64,000 nucleotides of DNA from Candidatus Omnitrophota bacterium (GCA_050250375.1 JBFWOS010000001.1:830361-894360), one strand, 5' to 3'; shown: positions 10,254 through 20,465, counted from the first letter of the stretch. Translations and numbers: made by a program. The notes: a model not told the origin generated them from the letters alone.

Positions 10254-10607
10254 TTATCCTTCCGGCGGGTACATGAGCTGGGTTTTATAAAACTTCTTAA
10301 ATTTCTTGGCGTCTTCGGAATTGACATTCATGATTTTAACACCCGTATTAAAATCACCGGCATCAAACGACGGGTTCGACCAGATCACCTTCGCCAGTAA
10401 AGACAACGGACCGGTTTCTTTATCCAGGATTATTTTTAATTCAACGGAGTGCCCGCTGTTCACGGCGTGATCTGTTCTGAAACAAATCCCGGTATGGCTG
10501 ATATTCACGGTGGTAATGACGGCAAAGGGAAACTCTGATTCCCAAATACGGTAATTGCCTCTCATTTCGATGGTCAGGCGTTTGGATTCACGGTTGTTAT
10601 TGACCAT
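10254..10607 (-). CDS. PilZ domain protein (putative c-di-GMP receptor)
   Basis: RESKRL (RxxxR-like) followed by an N/DxSxxG-like motif VNISHTGICF, in a single domain of about 115 aa. Confidence 0.5.
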   Translation of the reverse strand: MVNNNRESKRLTIEMRGNYRIWESEFPFAVITTVNISHTGICFRTDHAVNSGHSVELKIILDKETGPLSLLAKVIWSNPSFDAGDFNTGVKIMNVNSEDAKKFKKFYKTQLMYPPEG

Positions 10608-10727
10608 GGCTGTTCCCTTTCTCGGCGTGTGGATTAAGAAGCATATAATTGGATAACTGATCGCATTAATTTTAATGCTATTATAGTAAAAAAAGACGGT
10701 TGGGCAAATGGGTAATTTTGATTTCTT

Positions 10728-11024
10728 TTAGAATGATTTTCGTCGCTCTTCAAGGATCATATCAATTATCTTAAGGTATTTTCGGCTTTTATATAGAACC
10801 TGGACGGTCACCATAAAAGCCAGGAAGGCATAAAAAAAAGTGATCCGGTAAACGGAGGAAAGTAGATTTTCCGGCAGGACAAACGTCACAAAGGCATGCG
10901 CCATCAACAGAAAAGTCAGAATGACCAGAGAATAATAAAATTTCTGACGCTTTTGTTCGCCCTGGATCCATTTCATTTCTTTTTCAGAAGATACTTCAAG
11001 CCCCACGTGATTTTCCTTTCCCAT
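10728..11024 (-). CDS. small membrane protein, hypothetical
   Basis: 98-aa ORF with two hydrophobic helices. Confidence 0.35.
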   Translation of the reverse strand: MGKENHVGLEVSSEKEMKWIQGEQKRQKFYYSLVILTFLLMAHAFVTFVLPENLLSSVYRITFFYAFLAFMVTVQVLYKSRKYLKIIDMILEERRKSF

Positions 11025-11027
11025 CCA

Positions 11028-11864
11028 TTAGAAAATGGACTTCAAAAACGCCTGCATATCATTCCATGACCGCTCATCGGCTTCTTTATTATAAGCAATC
11101 GGCATGCCGAACTTCTGGGCATATTGATCCGCATCCGGATTTGTAAAACTGTGTTTCGCCCCGGGATAATTGATTAATTGATAATCGGCCCGGGCCTGCT
11201 CCATTTCCTCTTGAAAGGCCCTGACGTCTTCAGCCGGGATAAAAGAATCATCCGCCCCGTTGCAGACAAGGATCTTGGCCTTTATATCTCCCGGAGCGGC
11301 CTTAATCTTTGACCCCAGACTTCCATGAAAACTGACCACCCCTTTAAGAGCGGTACCCAAACGGGCCATATTAAGGACGGTTGACCCGCCGAAACAATAC
11401 CCGATAGCCGCGATCTTGCTGGAGTCTGTCTTGGAACTGCCCTTTAAAATCTCCAGCCCGGCTAAAAATCTCGCCTTGGCCACATCCATATTCTTGGTCG
11501 CTTCCTGGACAAAGGCCCCGGCTTCATCCGGATGTTGTGCCTGCTTTCCATCCCCATACATATCGATGGCTAACGCGACATAGCCCAACTCGGCCAGCAT
11601 CTTCGCGCGGTTGCGTACATAATCGTTGTGCCCCCACCATTCATGAACAATGATAATCCCCGGACGCTTTTTTTCAATAGTGTCATCCCAGGCCACAAAA
11701 CCGGTCAGCTCAACCCCTTCGGATTCATATTGGATCTCTTCGGTCCTGATCTCGGCTTGGGACTGGGTTGTCCCCATCAACAAAAGCACCAAAATTAAAA
11801 ATAATCGACGCATGGATATTTCCTTTCTTAAACAATGATTCAATGATCTTTCTTCTTGCCCCAC
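11028..11864 (-). CDS. dienelactone hydrolase family protein, secreted
   Basis: HEWWGHNDY...AIDMYGDG and the nucleophile elbow GYCFGG. N-terminal signal peptide present. Confidence 0.75.
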   Translation of the reverse strand: MGQEERSLNHCLRKEISMRRLFLILVLLLMGTTQSQAEIRTEEIQYESEGVELTGFVAWDDTIEKKRPGIIIVHEWWGHNDYVRNRAKMLAELGYVALAIDMYGDGKQAQHPDEAGAFVQEATKNMDVAKARFLAGLEILKGSSKTDSSKIAAIGYCFGGSTVLNMARLGTALKGVVSFHGSLGSKIKAAPGDIKAKILVCNGADDSFIPAEDVRAFQEEMEQARADYQLINYPGAKHSFTNPDADQYAQKFGMPIAYNKEADERSWNDMQAFLKSIF

Positions 11865-12445
11865 GTTTTCTCGACAAACGGACCCCGTCCGGAGAAATAC
11901 CGGTAACTTTGATAATGCCCCGGATTCTTTTTATAATAATCCTGGTGATAATCTTCCGCTGTATAAAAAATCGTCGCCGGTTTTATCTCGACCACAATCG
12001 GATCTTTAAATTTTCCGGAGGCCTCCAGATCTTTCTTGGACTGTTCAGCCGCCTTTTTCTGTTCTTCGTCATGGTAAAAAATGGCGGTCCTGTATTGGGA
12101 CCCCTTGTCTGCGAACTGGCCGTTTTTCTGCGTAGGATCAATATTCTGCCAGAATACGTCCAGCACCTGGGCATACGTCACCTTCGACGGGTCGAAGGTC
12201 ACTTCAACCGCTTCCGTATGGCCGGTTGATCCGGATGACACTTCCTGATAAGTCGGATCTTTCTGTTTCCCGTCCGTGTAACCGGATACGGCAGAAAGAA
12301 TGCCGTCCATCTGGTCAAACTCGGATTCAATACACCAGAAACATCCCCCGGCAAAAGTGGCTTTGGCTGATTTGGATTCTTGGCTATGGGCTGGTTTCAT
12401 CATTAACAATAATATAAAACAAAGGACCGTAAATTTCTTGAACAT
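11840..12445 (-). CDS. msrA: peptide methionine sulfoxide reductase MsrA (secreted)
   Basis: Active-site motif ATFAGGCFWCIE. N-terminal signal peptide present. Confidence 0.85.
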   Translation of the reverse strand: MFKKFTVLCFILLLMMKPAHSQESKSAKATFAGGCFWCIESEFDQMDGILSAVSGYTDGKQKDPTYQEVSSGSTGHTEAVEVTFDPSKVTYAQVLDVFWQNIDPTQKNGQFADKGSQYRTAIFYHDEEQKKAAEQSKKDLEASGKFKDPIVVEIKPATIFYTAEDYHQDYYKKNPGHYQSYRYFSGRGPFVEKTWGKKKDH

Positions 12446-12490
12446 ATGATTTTATTTTACCCTTGATTGCCTGTTTGTCGAGAAAAATCC

Positions 12491-13483
12491 TTACGGATTG
12501 GCGCCCTTTTTTGAATAACCCAAAGCACCAAACAGCCCGTCATGTCCGTGAAGAAATTTCTGGTCATTCATGGCTTCAATCCACTTCTCTTTAATATACT
12601 CATTCTCTTCAACACGGGCATCGCCCCATTTATCCTTGGCCCACATCGGCATCGAGTCCCAATAGCTATTGATATAACAAAAAGCTTTCACGTTATAATC
12701 ATCGATGTGCTTGAACACAAACCGGTACCACCGTTTCCATGTGTCTTCACCATTCTTTGTTTCCAGTTTAATCGGAGTTGATTCGGCGAGCATCAAAGGT
12801 TTGTTTAAACTTTTGCATAAATCAGCGATTCTTTGCAGGCCATCGGTATTGTACGGGCTGAAATAAGACACCCCGACCCAGTCGACAAAATCATCCCCCG
12901 GATACCAATCCATCTGGGGACGATCATAGATGGGGCCGTGCGCATGCCAGACATAAGCCACATTGTCGACACCCTGATCCCTTAAATGATTCACGATATA
13001 CCGATAGGCCTCAATGTATTTTCCCGGCGCATAATCATTGAGCGGAGAATCAAACTCATACCCGATCCGCAGATAAAACGGACAGTCATGGTCATTAAAA
13101 AATTTAGCCAGCTTAACGATATGATCATCGAAGGCCCCGGCCGTAACCATGTCCAGCGCCCCGACCATATAAAGACCGATCTGGATCGCGCTGTCGGGAA
13201 ATTGTTCGATTAACCACTGCATATGCTGGTCACCCGAACCATAGTCCGCCGGCGCATACAACCCGTCCATTTTCTGGATCGATGTATAAACCATCACGCC
13301 GGCCGGCGTAATACCGACCGCTTTATGGTATTTGTCGATCGTATCTTTGTCCTGACCGACAAATACGAGCACGTTGCCTTCCGGCGGAACAAATTTTGAT
13401 TTCTGGAAACCATCAGCCCGGGCATGGGTAACGGAGAAAATGAAGATTAAAACCGAGAGGGATATGAAATTTTTCTTCTTCAT
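12491..13483 (-). CDS. glycoside hydrolase family 26-like (beta-mannanase-like), secreted
   Basis: YPGDDFVDWVGVSYF matches the GH26 YPGD.YVDW.G.D.Y motif, with candidate catalytic Glu residues in GYEFD and LAEST. Signal peptide present. Confidence 0.5.
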   Translation of the reverse strand: MKKKNFISLSVLIFIFSVTHARADGFQKSKFVPPEGNVLVFVGQDKDTIDKYHKAVGITPAGVMVYTSIQKMDGLYAPADYGSGDQHMQWLIEQFPDSAIQIGLYMVGALDMVTAGAFDDHIVKLAKFFNDHDCPFYLRIGYEFDSPLNDYAPGKYIEAYRYIVNHLRDQGVDNVAYVWHAHGPIYDRPQMDWYPGDDFVDWVGVSYFSPYNTDGLQRIADLCKSLNKPLMLAESTPIKLETKNGEDTWKRWYRFVFKHIDDYNVKAFCYINSYWDSMPMWAKDKWGDARVEENEYIKEKWIEAMNDQKFLHGHDGLFGALGYSKKGANP

Positions 13484-13516
13484 AAAGCGTCCGAAGAAAT
13501 GCTTCGTTTTGCGAAA

Positions 13517-16318
13517 TTAAATTTCTTTGACCACCGATACGCACTCTGAACAGAGGGATGAGTGATCCTTGTCCTGGCCGACGTCCGTCCTGTATTTCCA
13601 GCAACGGCCGCATTTTTCACCGTCAGCCTCTTCAATCACGACCTGAGTCTTCGCGAAATTTTCACTCAGCCCGGATGGGACGTTATCGACTTTATTCACA
13701 TTTGCCTGCGAGACAATAAACATCTCGGCCAGTTGTCCGCCGAATTGCGACAGATAAACAAAATCCCGTTCGCTCGACGTATTAAAAACCACCTTGGCTT
13801 CCAGTGAACTGCCGATCTCTTTGGCCGTGCGTTTATCTTCCAGGGCTTTCAGCACATACGGTCGCAACATAATCATCGGTTCAAAGTATTCGTCAATCTT
13901 GGCGCTTTTCCATTGTTCCGGAACGTCAAGGAATTCTAACAGGTGAACGCTTTGTACACCTTTCATCGACTTCTCTTTGGGCATGAACAAAAAGACTTCT
14001 TCCGCCGTAAACGTAATGACCGGGGCCAGCCACCGGACGAGATGGTTCAGGATATGATACAAGGCGGTCTGGGCCGCTTTGCGTGTCCCGGACTTGGCCG
14101 CACTGACATAAAGCCGGTCTTTGATGATATCCAGGTAAAAATTGGAAAGGTCTTCATTGCAGAAACTGTAAATGGATTTGTAAACTTTCGAAAATTCATA
14201 CGCGTTATAATACTCGCTGAGCGAACAGGAAAGTTCAGACAATTTATTCAGCGCCCACTTATCCAGGTCCATAAGGTCATCATATTTTAATTGTTCCTGG
14301 TCAGGATTAAAGTCATAAAGATTGGATAACAGATACCGCAGGGTATTGCGGATCTTGCGGTACGCATCCACCAGCCGGTCCAGGACTTCTTTGGAAATGC
14401 GGATATCTTCATTGTAAGAACTGGACGCGACCCAGAGCCGGAGAATGTCGGCGCCGTTCTGTTCATAAATTTCCTGGGGAGCAATGACATTGCCGAGGGA
14501 CTTTGACATCTTGCGGCCCTGGCCGTCTACCACAAAACCGTGGGTCAGGACTTCTTTAAACGGGGCCTTGCCTTCCATGGCCACCGCCGGAATTAAGGAT
14601 GATTGAAACCAGCCGCGATGCTGGTCGGACCCTTCCAGATAAAGGTCGGTCGGCAATTCATCCTTGATCATATCCTTCACGACCGCCTGGCAGCTGACTC
14701 CGGAATCAAACCACACATCCAGGATATCAAAGGTCTTCTCAAAGTCAGCCTCACCGGTCTGCGGATCTTTGAAGCCATCAGGAATCAAGTCCAGGATATC
14801 TTTGATAAACCAGGCATCGGTCCCTTCCTTACGGGCAATGTCGGCGAAATGGTCGATCACCTCAGAATACAATTTGATTTCCCCGGTTGATTTTAATTTA
14901 AGCGCGGGAATCGGCACACCCCAGTAACGCTGGCGGGAAAGGCACCAGTCCGGCCGTCCGGCCACCATGGCCGTGATCCGTTCTTCTCCGGCCGGCGGAA
15001 CCCATTTGACCTCATTGGCAATAATTTCTTTGGCTTTGGCCCGCAATCCGTTATGATCAATTTTCATAAACCATTGCTGGGTCGCCCTGAAAATAATCGG
15101 TTTCTTGGAACGCCACGAATGCGGATATGAATGCGTGATATCCTCCCGTTTGAATAAAATCCCGGCGGATTGCAGATCTTCAATAATCAGCTTGTTCGCC
15201 TTCCAGACATGCTGGCCTTCATATTTACCCGCCTCTTTGGTGTAAATCCCTTTTTCATTGACGGGCATGACCACATCCAGTTTGTATTTCATGCCGGTCT
15301 GGTAATCGTCGGCTCCATGGCCCGGCGCCGTGTGGACCAGTCCGGTACCGTCTTCTTTGGTCACATAGTCGGCAGTCACAACCGGGCAGTCTTTGCGCAT
15401 ACCCAATGGATGATTATATTTTAGGGCCGTCAGGCTCGCGCCGTCGGTCTCTTTAATCACTTTGAAACCGGTCAGTTCGCCCTTGGCCAGGACTTTATCT
15501 CTTAAGGAACTTTCCACAATGAGCAGTTTGTCGTCCGTTTCCACGACCGAATATTTAAACGCCCCGTGCACGGAAACAGCCACATTAGCCACCAGCGTCC
15601 AGGGGGTGGTCGTCCAGACCAGCAGAAAACATTTCTTGGCAGCAGCAATGTTCAAGGCCTGCGGATTGGTGACTTCAAAAAAAACGTAGACGGAAGGCGA
15701 TGTGACATTTTCATATTCAACTTCTGCTTCAGCAAGCGCTGTTTCGTTCTCAATATCCCAATTTACTGGCTTCAATCCCCGGTAAATATAGCCTTTTTTA
15801 TTAAGATCCGATAATGATTTCAAAATCCAGTATTCATAATTCGGGTCGAGAGTCAGATATGGATGATCCCATTCACCAAATACCCCCAGCCGTTTGAACT
15901 CTTCGCGCTGGATGCCGACATAATTCATCGCGTATTCATGCGCCTGCTTGCGAAAATCCACGCTGTTGACATCCTCTTTGCGTTTGTTCATTTCCTGAAA
16001 AAGCTTGTGTTCAATCGGCAACCCATGGCAGTCCCAGCCCGGGACATAGTTGGTGTTGTATCCTTCCATGGTCTTAAATTTAACAATCATATCTTTGAGG
16101 ATTTTATTCAACGCGTGGCCGATGTGGATATGCCCGTTGGCATACGGCGGTCCGTCATGCAGGACAAACTTCTTTTTCCCGGCGCCTTTTTTCTTGATGG
16201 CGGAATATAAATCCGCATCCGCCCATTGTTTGAGGTAACCCGGCTCTTTAGTCGCCAGACCGGCCTTCATGGAGAATTCTGTTTGGGGTAAGTTCAGCGT
16301 TTTTCGATAGTCGATCAT
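13517..16318 (-). CDS. ileS: isoleucine--tRNA ligase
   Basis: HIGH motif PPYANGHIHIGHALN, KMSKS motif, editing domain, and C-terminal Zn-finger cysteines. 933 aa. Confidence 0.95.
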   Translation of the reverse strand: MIDYRKTLNLPQTEFSMKAGLATKEPGYLKQWADADLYSAIKKKGAGKKKFVLHDGPPYANGHIHIGHALNKILKDMIVKFKTMEGYNTNYVPGWDCHGLPIEHKLFQEMNKRKEDVNSVDFRKQAHEYAMNYVGIQREEFKRLGVFGEWDHPYLTLDPNYEYWILKSLSDLNKKGYIYRGLKPVNWDIENETALAEAEVEYENVTSPSVYVFFEVTNPQALNIAAAKKCFLLVWTTTPWTLVANVAVSVHGAFKYSVVETDDKLLIVESSLRDKVLAKGELTGFKVIKETDGASLTALKYNHPLGMRKDCPVVTADYVTKEDGTGLVHTAPGHGADDYQTGMKYKLDVVMPVNEKGIYTKEAGKYEGQHVWKANKLIIEDLQSAGILFKREDITHSYPHSWRSKKPIIFRATQQWFMKIDHNGLRAKAKEIIANEVKWVPPAGEERITAMVAGRPDWCLSRQRYWGVPIPALKLKSTGEIKLYSEVIDHFADIARKEGTDAWFIKDILDLIPDGFKDPQTGEADFEKTFDILDVWFDSGVSCQAVVKDMIKDELPTDLYLEGSDQHRGWFQSSLIPAVAMEGKAPFKEVLTHGFVVDGQGRKMSKSLGNVIAPQEIYEQNGADILRLWVASSSYNEDIRISKEVLDRLVDAYRKIRNTLRYLLSNLYDFNPDQEQLKYDDLMDLDKWALNKLSELSCSLSEYYNAYEFSKVYKSIYSFCNEDLSNFYLDIIKDRLYVSAAKSGTRKAAQTALYHILNHLVRWLAPVITFTAEEVFLFMPKEKSMKGVQSVHLLEFLDVPEQWKSAKIDEYFEPMIMLRPYVLKALEDKRTAKEIGSSLEAKVVFNTSSERDFVYLSQFGGQLAEMFIVSQANVNKVDNVPSGLSENFAKTQVVIEEADGEKCGRCWKYRTDVGQDKDHSSLCSECVSVVKEI

Positions 16319-16354
16319 AATATAAAGATTGTTTTTCCGATTGAATTAAAGTCC

Positions 16355-16384
16355 TAAACTACCACAAATGCCCACGGGTGTCAA
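16355..16384 (-). promoter_or_regulatory. candidate sigma70-type promoter for ileS
   Basis: On the minus strand, TTGACA, a 17 bp spacer, then TAGTTT, lying 35-65 bp upstream of the ileS ATG. Confidence 0.3.
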
Positions 16385-16420
16385 TTTTCCGCTCAAGCGT
16401 TTTTTGGAAAAAAGATAAAT

Positions 16421-17383
16421 TTATTTTATTGTGGCTTTAATTTGATTAATTAAATTTTCTTTTAGTGCATCCCATTTATCGTTCTCCCAAACAATATGTG
16501 CATATTGACGAGTATCGAAATGCAATCTTTTTCGTTTGCCAGTGTTAGTATCAACGTCATCCATATGATCTTTCCGACACAATTTAACAACATCTAACCC
16601 CATTCCCATGGCATAGCCCGCTTCAAAGTAAGCCCCATTGTTTTGATCGGTAAAATCAGCGATAATGAACCGAGACTCTTTGATATCACTAATTATTTTA
16701 TGTGAAATATCATCATTATGCCTTTGATCAGATACTAAATTTGCTTCAAAACCACATTCATTACAAGCTTCTTTGATTGTACGGACCAATTCTTCTTGAT
16801 AATCAGTTCCGAATTGACACGCTATAAAAACTTTCTTACTCGAAACATTAATTTCTTTTAATCCCTCATATTTCTGCCAACCTGTCACCGTTGTACGACA
16901 CTTATACTTAGTCAAAGTTCCAACAGGGCCAGAATCAGTATTAAGCTCAATCCATTTTCTTTCTTGTAGATATTCTAATATGGTTTTAAGATCTCCTGGA
17001 GCACTCAAGTAAAAACGATATACATCATTATCGGTTAACTCAACTTTAGTTAAAACCTTAGGAGCGTTAGCATAAATAAATTTCAGAATGTGATTTGTTT
17101 TATCGGGGACCGATATTTTGGTGAACCGTGAAACAATGTCTGATATTTGTCCACACATTTGAGACGTTATACTTAACAAATTTCTATCTGAAGATATATT
17201 ACGTATGTATCCAGAGAACAAATGCAAATGATCTTGAGGAATTCTTTGAAAATTCGTATCTTCCAAAGCCTCCTGTGAAATTCGATAAAGACCACACATA
17301 GGGCATTCTACCTCGACAATATCACGAGATTTAATCTCTTCCCACCTTGTGGTTTCTTTATTGCAAAAATTGCAATTATCCAT
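16421..17383 (-). CDS. zinc-ribbon protein with C-terminal nucleoside 2-deoxyribosyltransferase-like (TIR/SLOG-superfamily) domain
   Basis: N-terminal CxxC...CPxC. The C-terminus KKVFIACQFG...RFIIADFTDQNNGAYFEAGYAMGMGLDVV resembles the NDT-family catalytic Glu loop. GC is much lower than the flanking genes. Confidence 0.5.
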   Translation of the reverse strand: MDNCNFCNKETTRWEEIKSRDIVEVECPMCGLYRISQEALEDTNFQRIPQDHLHLFSGYIRNISSDRNLLSITSQMCGQISDIVSRFTKISVPDKTNHILKFIYANAPKVLTKVELTDNDVYRFYLSAPGDLKTILEYLQERKWIELNTDSGPVGTLTKYKCRTTVTGWQKYEGLKEINVSSKKVFIACQFGTDYQEELVRTIKEACNECGFEANLVSDQRHNDDISHKIISDIKESRFIIADFTDQNNGAYFEAGYAMGMGLDVVKLCRKDHMDDVDTNTGKRKRLHFDTRQYAHIVWENDKWDALKENLINQIKATIK

Positions 17384-17411
17384 ATTCTCTCCTATAAAAT
17401 CAAATATAAAT

Positions 17412-18137
17412 TTATATTATAACCGACCGGGACAGCATTTCGCGCACACCGTTTTTGTCCTGGATATAGACTTCCGGGAGGAATTCGATGGCCTTGGGGA
17501 TCTGCTTTTCGATCACGGCCTGGATCCGCGCCTGCTGTTCGGTGTCGGCCGCGTCAAAAATCGGCTGATTGCTCAGGTCGTTCAATAACAAAATCCCCGG
17601 GTCATGGGCAAACTCAAAATTCTTGATCAGCTGTTTGACCAAAAGATCGAGAAAGACCGGTTTATCTTTAAACACCTCCACCGATGTCTTTAACGTGATC
17701 TTGCCCCAGTCTTCATGGAGCAATTTCTGAATGGTGCCGTAAGCGGATGAATATTTGACCAGGCGCTGCTCGCCGGGTTTAAGCTTGCGGGCCGTGTTAA
17801 GGATCACCGCGGCGAATTCGTTCTGGTTAAACGTGTTGATTTCTTTATGGATGTCGATAGTCAACAATTCAAATACATAAACCCCACGCACACTCAAGGC
17901 GGCGGTCGAGACGCTGTATTTCACAAAATCTTCAACCGCTTCCCAGAGGATATCTTCATCCTTGCGGATGACGTTGAGCGCGAGCATCACGCACGGCTGG
18001 TCTTCATGCACCGCCCGGTATTTGCGGACCTTGCCTTCCAGGTGCCCCTGGTAAAAAATTTCGTCAAAGATCGGCATATGCACAAACAGATTAGAGTGCT
18101 GTATGCCGCCGTTAATTAAATTATATTGTCCTTCCAT
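17412..18137 (-). CDS. hypothetical protein (241 aa)
   Basis: Long ORF with native GC and codon usage; no family recognised. Confidence 0.45.
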   Translation of the reverse strand: MEGQYNLINGGIQHSNLFVHMPIFDEIFYQGHLEGKVRKYRAVHEDQPCVMLALNVIRKDEDILWEAVEDFVKYSVSTAALSVRGVYVFELLTIDIHKEINTFNQNEFAAVILNTARKLKPGEQRLVKYSSAYGTIQKLLHEDWGKITLKTSVEVFKDKPVFLDLLVKQLIKNFEFAHDPGILLLNDLSNQPIFDAADTEQQARIQAVIEKQIPKAIEFLPEVYIQDKNGVREMLSRSVII

Positions 18138-18206
18138 AATGCCCTTTCTTTAATACCCTACGTAGCTCAAACACGAGGCGCAGCGAAGTTTTTGAGCGAA
18201 GCAGGG

Positions 18207-19874
18207 CTATTTCACGACCAGAATTCTAACATCCCCTTGGGAATAAATCACCTGAAAAATATCCGGGTTAAGCAATGTCTTACCGTGGCCGACCTGTTTA
18301 AGCCGGTCATATTTTCCCTGATAAAATCCATCGAGGTCACCGTAGCCGTTCACGACAAATTCGATCCGGCGCAACACTCCGTCCGAATAAAAAACATGGG
18401 AAATCTTGTAACGGTTAATGATTTCCCTGACCCTGGCCGGGTCTTCGGTGTTATACATTTCATAAATGTCATCGAGTACCTGCCAGCTGTCGCTGATATA
18501 AGGAATTCCCGCGCCTTTTAAAGGAAACATACTGCCCAGCAGCGCCCGGCCCGCGCAGACCCCGCTGACCATCTGGGCCGTGTAATAATCTGCCAGGACC
18601 CTGTCCTTTGCCGTCGTATGTTCCCTGAACCAATAGGCCGCGCGGATTTCCTCCAGGCTGAGCATATGTTCTTCGTAGCGGTGATTAAGTTTGAACCCGC
18701 CGTAAAGATCCGCCGTCAGGACCACGACCATAATCATCCCGAACCCGGCACAAAAACGGCTCGCCTTCCATTCCCGCTTCTGAAAAAATCTTGATTTTAA
18801 AAATTGCTCCAGGGCCAGGGCCGCGCACAATGCCAGCGGCTGGGTTAAAAAGCTGTAGAACCGGAACCCTTCGATCGGGCGCACGAGATTGTTCCACATG
18901 AGCGCATTCTTCTGAAATAACAGCAGCATCCCTTCCATGTGCGATTCAATGATCGGATAAATCGCCCAATACACGGGTAGGAGATAAAACATCTCTTTTT
19001 TGTGTTTCCGGCGGAAGATAAAAAATACCAGAAAGAAAAACGCGAGATGCCCGATGACCGCGCTGACCGTCCCATAATGTTTCAATAACAGAATCCGGTC
19101 CGGTGAGGCCGTCGAGGTTGATAACCCTTTGGTCCACCACCAGTAAAGTTTTCCGGGAAGCCACCACCAGGCTGTCAGAAGCTGACTCAATAAAAATGCT
19201 CCGATTAAGTATGCCGTCTTCTTAAAAGAGCCGATCTTCTCAGTAACCAGGCTGACGTGAACAAACAATAAAATAATCACCAGATTAAAATAAGTCAGAT
19301 GGGTCAAGAAATTCACGGTCAGCAAAATGACAAAGATCAAAAAATGGATGAGGCGGTTTTTCAGGATAAATTTGTCCTGCAGGAACGTGACCCACAGCAG
19401 GATGGCCAGCGGTATGCAGAACATCGTGAAACCCTGCGGGGTCCCGATGGATGACCAGAAAATAAATGCCGGCGTCAACGCCAGGAAAACGGTCGAGACC
19501 ACCGCCACGCGCACAGAATAAAGGTAACGGCCGAGAAAATAAAACGGCAGGACCGCCGTTGACTCGACAAACGGCATGATCCGCGAGGTCACCGTCGGTA
19601 AATCAAGCGCCGTCAGTTTGCTTAACAGCGCGTAAATATAAACGGCGAACGGGTTGTACCAGAACGGGACATTCCCGTACGCGGAATAACGGATGTCCCA
19701 GACCGGCAAATGGCCGTTATCCAGAACATACTGGGCCAGGCATAACCGGTACCAGATGTCCGCGTCGAATGTCAACAAGTGCGGATCAAAGACCAGCTTC
19801 GGCAGAAGACGGATACATACACTAAAAATATAAATGAAAACGAGAAAAAATATTTCGGAAGGTTTCAACCGCAT
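18207..19874 (-). CDS. GT-C fold membrane glycosyltransferase (STT3/AglB/PMT-like)
   Basis: About 13 predicted TM helices. The first extracytoplasmic loop FDPHLLTFDADIWYRL...DNGHLPVWD resembles the DxD/WYR loop of STT3/PMT-type transferases. Confidence 0.4.
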   Translation of the reverse strand: MRLKPSEIFFLVFIYIFSVCIRLLPKLVFDPHLLTFDADIWYRLCLAQYVLDNGHLPVWDIRYSAYGNVPFWYNPFAVYIYALLSKLTALDLPTVTSRIMPFVESTAVLPFYFLGRYLYSVRVAVVSTVFLALTPAFIFWSSIGTPQGFTMFCIPLAILLWVTFLQDKFILKNRLIHFLIFVILLTVNFLTHLTYFNLVIILLFVHVSLVTEKIGSFKKTAYLIGAFLLSQLLTAWWWLPGKLYWWWTKGLSTSTASPDRILLLKHYGTVSAVIGHLAFFFLVFFIFRRKHKKEMFYLLPVYWAIYPIIESHMEGMLLLFQKNALMWNNLVRPIEGFRFYSFLTQPLALCAALALEQFLKSRFFQKREWKASRFCAGFGMIMVVVLTADLYGGFKLNHRYEEHMLSLEEIRAAYWFREHTTAKDRVLADYYTAQMVSGVCAGRALLGSMFPLKGAGIPYISDSWQVLDDIYEMYNTEDPARVREIINRYKISHVFYSDGVLRRIEFVVNGYGDLDGFYQGKYDRLKQVGHGKTLLNPDIFQVIYSQGDVRILVVK

Positions 19875-19883
19875 GGACGCCTT

Positions 19884-20465
19884 TTAAAACGCGCCCCAAT
19901 CCTGGTCACCGGGTATATAGTGAGACGGACAGATGTATTTGAAGACATTGGCCACCCGCCGGGCTTTTTTCAGATCCTCTTTGCCTTTGGCCTGCATTGC
20001 CTTGACTTCCGGATTATTCATGAAGACCTCGTTGACAAATTTTTCTCCGGCCTGGTTGCGTTCTTTTTCCGTTTTGAACTGTTTGCGGATCGTCAGTAGT
20101 TCCCCTAAATCCAGCCAAAAACCTCCGCATTTCCCGCATTCGTCAACCGTAACCTGGCGTTTAGGGCTAAAATAACGGCGCAGCAAAGTGATATCCTCAC
20201 AACGCGGGCATTTGACCTTGGGCTTAACGTCCACGGAAGGATCGGCGTATTTTTCCATAGCCTTAACCAGTTCTTCCCCCTCGGATTCGTGCTCTTCGTC
20301 AAACTTCTTGATTTCAAAGTGGTCAAACCAGACGCCGCCGCAGCCGGTTGACACGTCAACCTTGACGCCGCCGAGTTCAATTTCTTTCATGGATTTTCCT
20401 GTCCTGGGACATAACATATCTCGACTCCTTTTCGTCTGATGATCTGATGAGTGGATCTTGATCAA
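19884..20465 (-). CDS. protein with two TFIIB-type zinc-ribbon repeats
   Basis: Two copies of C-P-x-C ... CGGVWFD/CGGFWLD, the zf-TFIIB-like pattern. Confidence 0.5.
   Translation of the reverse strand: MIKIHSSDHQTKRSRDMLCPRTGKSMKEIELGGVKVDVSTGCGGVWFDHFEIKKFDEEHESEGEELVKAMEKYADPSVDVKPKVKCPRCEDITLLRRYFSPKRQVTVDECGKCGGFWLDLGELLTIRKQFKTEKERNQAGEKFVNEVFMNNPEVKAMQAKGKEDLKKARRVANVFKYICPSHYIPGDQDWGAF

Noticed and set aside
13562-16238. Multiple 60-115 aa plus-strand ORFs inside ileS (for example 13943..14290, 15863..16210)
   Set aside because: They lie antisense within a highly conserved 933-aa aaRS gene, have no RBS and no recognisable motifs, and are typical shadow ORFs.
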